This document shows positions 57,549-64,000 of a stretch of DNA of 64,000 nucleotides, piece after piece (within the stretch, counting starts at the first letter, position 1; each line of letters opens with the position of its first letter). The translations under genes were made by a program, and so were the position numbers. The DNA comes from Rhodocyclales bacterium (GTDB lineage: Bacteria; Pseudomonadota; Gammaproteobacteria; Burkholderiales; Rhodocyclaceae): contig PQAF01000037.1 in NCBI GenBank assembly GCA_003105015.1, positions 4,583-68,582 of the forward strand, given 5' to 3'. Under the pieces are notes generated by a model. It saw only the letters and a program-made list of their open reading frames with translations. It was not told the origin of the DNA and searched no databases.

Positions 57549-58163
57549 TTATTTGCTGTTGACGGGCGACTGCGGATCGAGCAGCAGTGCGACGAGATCC
57601 TTGATCTGCTTCTCGTTCAGCGCATTGACGTGGCCGAAGCGCGGCATCTGGGAACAGAGGTTGTAGGCCTTGGCGTTCCAGATCTTGCCGTACACATACT
57701 TCTGCATGTCCGGCGTGTTGCCGCGCGTCTTGCCGAACTGGTAGAGGCTCGGCCCGATGGTGCCGAAGGACATCTCCGTCGGCGAGATCTGGTGGCAGTT
57801 GTAGCAGTTGCCACCGCCGGGCACGCCCGCCTTGTCGCTCCAGGTCATGCCGCGGCCGCTCTGCGCCAGCTTCTCGCCGGCCTTCCAGTCGCCCATCAGC
57901 TTGCCGTCGGCCGGGTACTTGACGCTCTCCAGCTGGTCCTTTTCCAGGCGGGCGGCGATGTCCTTGGGCGGATTGTCGCCGCTGCGGTTGCAGATGGCCT
58001 GTACGCCGTCCTCATGCAGGCGGTCGGTGGTGGCGATGCCTTTCGCCTTGAAGTCGCGCTTCATCATGGCGACGGCCTCGGCGCGGTAGTTGCGGATCTC
58101 GTCGGCGAGCACGGCGCTGCAGGCCAGGGTGGCGGCGAGGCCGGCAATGATTTTTCTGTTCAT
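57549..58163 (-). CDS. soxX: Cytochrome c SoxX
   Basis: Signal peptide, GGNCYNCHQ haem site, GTIGPSL, CSQMPRFG. Confidence 0.93.
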   Translation of the reverse strand: MNRKIIAGLAATLACSAVLADEIRNYRAEAVAMMKRDFKAKGIATTDRLHEDGVQAICNRSGDNPPKDIAARLEKDQLESVKYPADGKLMGDWKAGEKLAQSGRGMTWSDKAGVPGGGNCYNCHQISPTEMSFGTIGPSLYQFGKTRGNTPDMQKYVYGKIWNAKAYNLCSQMPRFGHVNALNEKQIKDLVALLLDPQSPVNSK

Positions 58164-58183
58164 GGCATTCATCTCCTGTCCCC

Positions 58184-59044
58184 TTATCGCTTGATGCCCG
58201 GGCCTTTGTACGTCTGGCCGTTGGCGGTGACGGTCATGTAGGCGAGCAGGGCGGTGATGGAATCCGAAAGATAGCTCGGCTCGGGGAAGCGCTGCTGGCG
58301 GAAGCAGTCGTTCATGCGCCACTGCTGGGTGAGCATGAAGCCGCCGGTCATGCGGTAGCCCGGCCAGCCCTGGTAGGCGCGGATGGCTTCGTCGGGCTTC
58401 CTCAGGTTGGGCAGGTCCTGGGTGCGGATGCGCTTGCCGTCCTCGCCGTGGCAGGAGGCGCAGGAGAAGTCGTAGGGCCCGGCGCGATAGGCGAAGATCT
58501 CCTTGCCGATGTTGTAGGCCTCGATCTCCTTCGGGTGCTTCTGCGGCGCGGCAATCTTCATGTTGCGCGACTGGGCGGCGACGTAGGTGATGACGGAGAC
58601 GTGGTCCGGCGTCTTGTTCACGTTGCTGAAGGGCTGTTTGCGGATGTCCGCCTCGCTGTAGCCGAGGTACTTGATCATGCAATGCACGACGCGTCGCTCG
58701 GCGTCCATGACCTGGCCGACGTCGGCGAAGTAGCGCGGCATGTGCACATAGGCGCCCTTGACGACGCCGGCGCCCAGGCCGAGGTCGCATTGCGCCATGG
58801 AGGTGCCGTTCGGCCCCTTCTTGTTCTTCCAGATGTCCTCGCCCTTGGCCTCGTACAGTTCGGCCGGGTTGTCCTCTTCGAGGACTTCGCGGAATTTCTC
58901 GAATTCCTTCGAAACCTCGCTTTTATTGGCGGGGGCGGCGGCCTTCGCCGCTGGCGGGGCCTTCTTTGCGGACTGCTGGGCGTGCACGGCGAACGATGTC
59001 GTCAATGCCGCGGCCGCGAGGAGCATGCCAAGTCGCTGCTTCAT
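58184..59044 (-). CDS. soxA: Monohaem cytochrome c SoxA
   Basis: NPAELYE..GE, single CASCH, extra Cys pair (CDLG, HCMI), active-site NDCFRQQRFP. Confidence 0.93.
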   Translation of the reverse strand: MKQRLGMLLAAAALTTSFAVHAQQSAKKAPPAAKAAAPANKSEVSKEFEKFREVLEEDNPAELYEAKGEDIWKNKKGPNGTSMAQCDLGLGAGVVKGAYVHMPRYFADVGQVMDAERRVVHCMIKYLGYSEADIRKQPFSNVNKTPDHVSVITYVAAQSRNMKIAAPQKHPKEIEAYNIGKEIFAYRAGPYDFSCASCHGEDGKRIRTQDLPNLRKPDEAIRAYQGWPGYRMTGGFMLTQQWRMNDCFRQQRFPEPSYLSDSITALLAYMTVTANGQTYKGPGIKR

Positions 59045-59124
59045 GGTTCTTCCTCCTTGTGGGTGCTGCTGCATTTCCGGGACGGTCATTGCCGCCCCGG
59101 GTTGTTATTCTGCCCCGTTTCGCC

Positions 59125-59439
59125 TCAGGCAGCGATGGTGGCTTCGTCGGTGCGCTTGTCGCCCTTGTTGTCCTCCCAGTGGATGACGACCTTGTCGCCG
59201 GCCTTGGCGCCCTTGACGCGGAAGCCGAACACCGGATTGCGCGAGACCGAAGTGGCCGTCTGGCCCTGGATGACGCGCTTGCCGCCCACGTCGACGGTGA
59301 TCGACTGGATGTAGTGCGCGGGCACGGTGTTGCCGGCATTGTCCTTGCGCTGGCCGGTTTCCATGGGGTGGCTCATGAGGACGCGGATTTCCGCGGTGTC
59401 GCCCTTCATCTGGGCGCGGATTTTCATTGGATCTGCCAT
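59125..59439 (-). CDS. soxZ: Sulfur carrier subunit SoxZ
   Basis: LMSHPMETGQRKD, PAHYI, SVSRNP, WEDNKG. Confidence 0.95.
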   Translation of the reverse strand: MADPMKIRAQMKGDTAEIRVLMSHPMETGQRKDNAGNTVPAHYIQSITVDVGGKRVIQGQTATSVSRNPVFGFRVKGAKAGDKVVIHWEDNKGDKRTDEATIAA

Positions 59440-59472
59440 GTCGTTTCCTTCCCGTAATCTCGTGGGTGCCGT

Positions 59473-59946
59473 TCAGCCGCCGCAGCCGCCGACGGTGACC
59501 TTGACTTCCTTTTTCGCCTTGTAGTACTTGCCGTCCGCCGTCTTGGCGACGACTTCGACCAGGGAAGTCTGGCCCATCTTCAGGCGCAGCGCCATTTCGG
59601 GCAGGGCGCCGTTGGCGAAGTCGAAGGCGCTGGAGAGCGGCAGCGGATTCTTGTCGACCAGCACTGCGAGCGAAATGGTGTTGGGAATGCTGCTGCTGAC
59701 GTCGACCGGCACGACGGCGCCGTTTTCGGCGATGTCCGGTGCCTTGATGGCGATGCCCGTGCTGTCGGCCGCACTGGCGGCGCCGATGTTCTTGAGTGCG
59801 CCCGCCATGTCCTTGGCCTCGAAGGCGGCGCGGTTGTATTCGGCGGCCAGCACCTGGGAAGGCTTGAGCACGCCGGCCGCTATGGCCGCCGCGATCGCCC
59901 CGGTGGCGCCCGCCCCTTTCAGCAGGGTTCTGCGCAATGCATCCAT
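59473..59946 (-). CDS. soxY: Sulfur carrier subunit SoxY
   Basis: Tat signal RRTLLK, PDIAENGAVVP, C-terminal VKVTVGGCGG swinging arm. Confidence 0.96.
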   Translation of the reverse strand: MDALRRTLLKGAGATGAIAAAIAAGVLKPSQVLAAEYNRAAFEAKDMAGALKNIGAASAADSTGIAIKAPDIAENGAVVPVDVSSSIPNTISLAVLVDKNPLPLSSAFDFANGALPEMALRLKMGQTSLVEVVAKTADGKYYKAKKEVKVTVGGCGG

Positions 59947-60185
59947 CCGTGTGACTCCTATGTTGTTGGCTCGTCTGCCGGTTCGGAAGGCATGACGATG
60001 TAGCACTAAGATTCAGTCCAAAGCCGACAGGTTCCCGGTCAACTTGTGGTTGTGGAGCGTGGCACGCAAAGGACCTGTCCGGACTCTAGCCGTTAAAGCG
60101 CGGCAGAACAACTCATTGGTATTGATTGAAAAATAAGCCACACCAATTTCAGTGCCCGCTAATATTTCATTGGCCGCAGGCGAGG

Positions 60186-60665
60186 CTAACTGGCCCGCCA
60201 GTGTCCGCTCTTGCCGCCGGCTTTTTCCAGTAGACGGATATTTTCGAAATATATTCCACGGTCGACGGCCTTGCACATGTCGTAGATGGTCAGCAGGCCG
60301 ACGCTGACCGCGGTCAGCGCCTCCATTTCCACGCCGGTGCGGCCGACGGTTTCGGCCGTCGCTTCGCACGTGATGCAGGCGCGCGCACGGTCGATGGAGA
60401 ACTCCACGCCGACGCGGGTCAGGGGAATCGGATGACAGAGAGGAATCAGGTCCGAGGTGCGCTTGGCCGCCTGGATGGCGGCTATGCGCGCCACGCCGAG
60501 GACGTCGCCCTTCCGGGCGTCGCCGGATTCGATGAGGGCCAGGGTCGCCGGCTGCATGAAGACGGTGCCGGCGGCGCGGGCGATGCGGTGCGTTTCGCCC
60601 TTATCGGCCACGTCGACCATGTGCGCCTGGCCGCGGCCATCGAAATGCGTCAGGGGATTGGACAT
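60186..60665 (-). CDS. moaC: Cyclic pyranopterin monophosphate synthase
   Basis: [45 protein letters not shown]. Confidence 0.96.
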   Translation of the reverse strand: MSNPLTHFDGRGQAHMVDVADKGETHRIARAAGTVFMQPATLALIESGDARKGDVLGVARIAAIQAAKRTSDLIPLCHPIPLTRVGVEFSIDRARACITCEATAETVGRTGVEMEALTAVSVGLLTIYDMCKAVDRGIYFENIRLLEKAGGKSGHWRAS

Positions 60666-60676
60666 GGCCGACCTGC

Positions 60677-61126
60677 TCAGGCGGAGGGTGCCGGCGGCGG
60701 GGGGATGTTCAGTTCGGTCCAGTAGCGGCCGAGGAGTTCGACAGTCTCGCGCAGGCGACCGTAATCCAGGGGTTTGCGCACGTAGCTGTTGGCGCCGAGC
60801 AGGGCCGCGGCACGCACGTCGCGCTGCTCGGAGGAGGCCGACAGGATCACCACCGGCAGCAGCCGGGTGCGGGGATGCTCGCGCAGTTCGCGCAGGACTT
60901 CCAGGCCGTTCACCTTGGGCAGGTTCAGGTCGATGAGGGCCACGCCCGGCAGGTCGTCGCTGCTGCGCCTGGCATAGGCGTTGCGGGCGAAAAGATAATC
61001 CAATGCCTCCACGCCATCGCTGCACAGTGCGACCATGTCCTCCTGGATGACGGGCTGCAGGGCATTCAGAATCAGCCGGGTATCCTCTGGTGAATCTTCG
61101 GCGAGCAGCAGGGCGTGTGTACTCAA
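60677..61126 (-). CDS. Single-domain response regulator, Rcp1-like
   Basis: [38 protein letters not shown]...N.PPP tail. Confidence 0.9.
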   Translation of the reverse strand: MSTHALLLAEDSPEDTRLILNALQPVIQEDMVALCSDGVEALDYLFARNAYARRSSDDLPGVALIDLNLPKVNGLEVLRELREHPRTRLLPVVILSASSEQRDVRAAALLGANSYVRKPLDYGRLRETVELLGRYWTELNIPPPPAPSA

Positions 61127-61162
61127 GGGAGAACCTTCTCGGACCGGGACGATCTGATTAAT

Positions 61163-61180
61163 TTACCTTTTGTTACCTTT
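61163..61180. promoter_or_regulatory. 10-bp-period direct repeat, possible OmpR/CpxR-family box
   Basis: TTACCTTT-TG-TTACCTTT; minus strand reads GTAAC-N5-GTAAA in the divergent gap before the M48 protease. Confidence 0.3.
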
Positions 61181-61223
61181 GGCCGTCATTCTAGCCGATG
61201 TGCGCCAAGGTATCATATAAACA

Positions 61224-62669
61224 ATGAGATTCAGAACACTGGCATCCCTGGCCTTTCTCGCGATCCTGGCATCCGGCGCTTTCGCCGAGGGCTTGCCCGA
61301 ACTGGGGGAGGCCTCCCGGTCGGACCTGCCGCCCCACATGGAACGGCGCATCGGCGAGTCGATCGTACGGGACATCCGCCTGCGGGAGCCGGCCTATATC
61401 GACGATGTCGAGATTGCCGCCTACCTGAATTCGCTGGGCGCGCGCCTCACGGCGGCCATGCCCGAGGCGGGCCAGAGCTTCGAGTTCTTCGCCCTGCGCG
61501 ATGCCACGCTGAATGCCTTTGCACTGCCGGGCGGCTATATCGGCGTGCATAGCGGCCTCATTCTCGCCGCGCAGTCCGAGTCCGAGCTGGCCGGCGTGCT
61601 ATCGCACGAAATCGCCCACGTGACGCAAAAGCACCTGGCCCGGCTGATGGGCAAGCAGAACCAGGCCCAGGTGACGCAGTGGCTGGCGCTGGCCGTGGCG
61701 ATCCTGGCGGCGCGCTCGAATTCCGACGCGAGCCAGGCGGCGATCGTGGCCGGAACGGCCGCCGGCGTGCAGACCATGCTCAACTACACGCGCGATTTCG
61801 AGCGCGAGGCCGACCGCATCGGCATCCAGACCCTCGAGCGGGCGGGCTTCGACGTGCGCGGCATGGCCAGCTTCTTCGAGCGCATGCAGAAGTTCGGGCG
61901 GCTCTATGAGAACAATGCGCCCGGCTACCTGCGCACCCATCCGCTCACCGTCGAGCGCATCAGCGACATGGAGAACCGCATACTGCAGGCGCAGTACCGG
62001 CAGGTGGCGGATTCGACCGAGTTCCAGCTGGTGCGGGCCAAGCTGAGGTCGGGTCAGGGCGACCCGCGCGATGCCGTCACGGATTTCGAAACCCAGCTGC
62101 GTGAGCGCAAGTACCTGTCCGAGGCCTCGGCCCGCTACGGCCTGGCCTTGGCGCAGATGCGCGCGAGAAACTATCCTGCCGCCGAACGCGAGCTGGCCGA
62201 ATTGCGCCGGCTCAAGGCGTCCTCCCCCATGATCGACACCCTGGCCACGGATGTGAGGAAGGCGCAGGGCGACCTGGACGGGGCGCTGAAGCTGTATCGC
62301 GAGGCCCGCATTCGCCATCCCCGCAACAGAGCGCTGCTCTATGGCCAGATCGATGCGCTGCTGGCGCATGGCCAGCCGCAGGCGGCGCTGAAGACGGCGA
62401 CCGACGAACTGCAGCTGACGCCTTCCGACGCGGCCCTGCACGGCCTGCAGGCGAAAAGCTACGCCGCCCTCGGCAAGCGCCTGCAGCAGCACCGCGCGCA
62501 GGCCGAACTGTATGTGCTGCGGGGCCAGCTGGTGGCGGCGATCCAGCAGCTGGAGCTGGCCCAGAAGGCCGGCGACGGCGACTTCTTCGAGCATTCCCAG
62601 GTCGATGCGCGCCTGCGCGAATTGCGGGCCCGGCAATTGGAGGAAGCGAAGCAGAAGCTGCCCTTGTAA
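61224..62669 (+). CDS. M48 family metalloprotease with TPR (BepA/YfgC-like)
   Basis: Signal peptide, NAFALPGG, SESELAGVLSHEIAH (HExxH), EREADRIG, LRTHP...RI. Confidence 0.93.
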   Translation: MRFRTLASLAFLAILASGAFAEGLPELGEASRSDLPPHMERRIGESIVRDIRLREPAYIDDVEIAAYLNSLGARLTAAMPEAGQSFEFFALRDATLNAFALPGGYIGVHSGLILAAQSESELAGVLSHEIAHVTQKHLARLMGKQNQAQVTQWLALAVAILAARSNSDASQAAIVAGTAAGVQTMLNYTRDFEREADRIGIQTLERAGFDVRGMASFFERMQKFGRLYENNAPGYLRTHPLTVERISDMENRILQAQYRQVADSTEFQLVRAKLRSGQGDPRDAVTDFETQLRERKYLSEASARYGLALAQMRARNYPAAERELAELRRLKASSPMIDTLATDVRKAQGDLDGALKLYREARIRHPRNRALLYGQIDALLAHGQPQAALKTATDELQLTPSDAALHGLQAKSYAALGKRLQQHRAQAELYVLRGQLVAAIQQLELAQKAGDGDFFEHSQVDARLRELRARQLEEAKQKLPL

Positions 62670-62691
62670 GGACAGCGTCAGTCAGCATCTG

Positions 62692-62705
62692 TTGATGCAG
62701 ATCAA
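62692..62705. promoter_or_regulatory. FNR/DNR-family binding site upstream of sat
   Basis: Perfect TTGAT-GCAG-ATCAA, about 105 nt before the sat ATG, followed by a TAAAAT -10-like hexamer at 62731-62736. Confidence 0.8.
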
Positions 62706-62810
62706 AAAATCGACCCCCCCTATTTCACAATAAAATAAAACGATTATTGCCCCTTCCCGGAAGTGTTAGCCTTCGCTCCGACTGAAAAAAGGCTAAAGGG
62801 AGGAGACGCA

Positions 62811-64000
62811 ATGGCACTGGTCAATCCGCACGGCGGGGGCGCGCTGAAGCCCCTGTTGCTGCAGGGCGAGGCGCACAAGGCCGAACTGGCGCGCGCCCAG
62901 ACGCTGCCGAAAATCAAGGTCAGCTCTCGCGAGAAGGGCGACATCATCATGCTGGGCATCGGCGGCTTCACGCCGCTCGACGGCTTCATGACCCACAGCG
63001 ACTGGCAGGGCGTGTGCGACGGCATGAAGATGGCCAGCGGCCTGTTCTGGCCGATCCCCATCACGCTGTCGACCGACAAGGCGACCGCCGATTCGCTGAA
63101 GACCGGCGCCGACGTCGCGCTGCTCGACCCGGACAGCGGCGAGATCCTCGCCACCATGAAGGTCACCGAGAAGTACGCCATCGACAAGGCGCACGAGTGC
63201 GCCATGGTCTTCAAGACCACGGACATGGAGCACCCCGGCGTCAAGATGGTGATGGAGCAGGGCGACATCAACCTCGCCGGCCCGGTCAAGGTGCTCTCGC
63301 AGGCGGAGTTCCCCTCGAAGTACGGCGAGCTGTTCATGACCCCGGCGCAGACCCGCGCCCTGTTCGAATCCTACGGCTGGTCGAAGGTCGCCGCCTTCCA
63401 GACGCGTAACCCGATGCACCGCTCGCACGAGTACCTGGCCAAGGTGGCCATCGAGACCTGCGACGGCGTGCTGATCCACTCGCTGCTCGGCAACCTCAAG
63501 CCCGGCGACATTCCCGCCGACGTGCGTTCCAACGCGATCGCCACGCTGGCCGAGAAGTACTTCGTCAAGAAGACCGTGGTGCAGGCCGGCTATCCGCTCG
63601 ATATGCGCTACGCCGGTCCGCGCGAGGCGCTGCTGCATGCGCTGTTCCGCCAGAACTACGGCTGCTCGCACCTGATCGTCGGCCGCGACCATGCCGGCGT
63701 CGGCAGCTACTACGGCCCATTCGACGCCCACCACATCTTCGACGAGATCCCGAAGGGTTCGCTGGAGACGCAGCCGCTGAAGATCGACTGGACGTTCTGG
63801 TGCTACAAGTGCGGCGGCATGGCCTCCGCCCGCACCTGCCCGCACGGCGACGAGGACCGCCTGCTGCTGTCCGGCACCAAGCTGCGCAAGATGCTTTCGG
63901 AAGGCGGCGACGTGCCGCCGGAGTTCTCCCGTCCCGAAGTGCTGGAGATCCTGCGCGCGTACTACGCGGGGCTGACCGAAAAAGTTGAAATCAAGCTCGC
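62811..64000 (+). CDS. sat: Sulfate adenylyltransferase (ATP sulfurylase), 3' end outside window
   Basis: Not in the ORF track because it runs off the end: [10 protein letters not shown]...[10 protein letters not shown]...WPIPITL...[13 protein letters not shown]...[35 protein letters not shown] ribosome-binding site. Confidence 0.96.
   Translation, partial: MALVNPHGGGALKPLLLQGEAHKAELARAQTLPKIKVSSREKGDIIMLGIGGFTPLDGFMTHSDWQGVCDGMKMASGLFWPIPITLSTDKATADSLKTGADVALLDPDSGEILATMKVTEKYAIDKAHECAMVFKTTDMEHPGVKMVMEQGDINLAGPVKVLSQAEFPSKYGELFMTPAQTRALFESYGWSKVAAFQTRNPMHRSHEYLAKVAIETCDGVLIHSLLGNLKPGDIPADVRSNAIATLAEKYFVKKTVVQAGYPLDMRYAGPREALLHALFRQNYGCSHLIVGRDHAGVGSYYGPFDAHHIFDEIPKGSLETQPLKIDWTFWCYKCGGMASARTCPHGDEDRLLLSGTKLRKMLSEGGDVPPEFSRPEVLEILRAYYAGLTEKVEIKL

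Noticed and set aside
60026-60079. Inverted repeat GACAGGTTCC...GGACCTGTC upstream of soxY, considered as a riboswitch or operator
   Set aside because: Short, imperfect stem with a long spacer; no riboswitch consensus recognisable by eye. An Infernal/Rfam scan would settle it.
60186-60665. moaC as a sox-specific gene
   Set aside because: The molybdoenzyme SoxC is absent here and moaC beside an M48 protease looks like core backbone, so adjacency is probably coincidental.
62793-63845. ORFs 62793-63845 (-) and 63014-63409 (+)
   Set aside because: They overlap sat, which starts at 62811 and is missing from the track only because it has no stop in the window.

Overview
High-GC betaproteobacterial chromosome segment; gene content and protein style suggest a Rhodocyclales/Sterolibacteriaceae-like sulfur oxidiser (inference). 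Left to right: (1) an aromatic-acid uptake/activation module (thiolase, NahR/DntR-type LysR, orphan binding protein, aryl-CoA ligase, thioesterase, TRAP QMP whose dctP carries an in-frame TAG); (2) an orphan PAS-GAF histidine kinase coupled to a methyltransferase; (3) a partial phenylacetate cluster paaGIJK/paaY with a PaaX-like operator; (4) sucCD; (5) a 12.5 kb same-strand signalling block: CHASE2 Ser/Thr kinase, PP2C, double-FHA protein, CHASE2 adenylate cyclase, metallo-beta-lactamase-fold cNMP phosphodiesterase, tandem cNMP-binding-rhodanese protein, GAF-fused PilB/GspE ATPase and GAF-HD-GYP; (6) a sigma54-driven type IVa pilin followed by a TMTC/TfpW-like GT-C enzyme and a glycosyl/methyltransferase operon ending in wecB; (7) a convergent wzm-cysC-wzt operon with a sulfotransferase, an LbH-methyltransferase fusion, a stand-alone GT99 (WbbB-type beta-Kdo transferase) with a short coiled coil, and an acyltransferase remnant; (8) HAD, SixA, CYTH-CHAD and a MacAB-TolC-type exporter with REP-like palindromes at its gene junctions; (9) soxYZAXB without soxCD, moaC, an Rcp1-like receiver, an M48 protease and an FNR-box-preceded sat running off the end. 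The strongest candidates for an undescribed system are the kinase/cNMP/GAF-PilB circuit beside a probably glycosylated pilin, and the Kdo/sulfate/methyl-capped ABC-exported glycan. No tRNA, rRNA, CRISPR array, transposase or integrase was recognised. All family calls are by eye from motifs; no searches were run.
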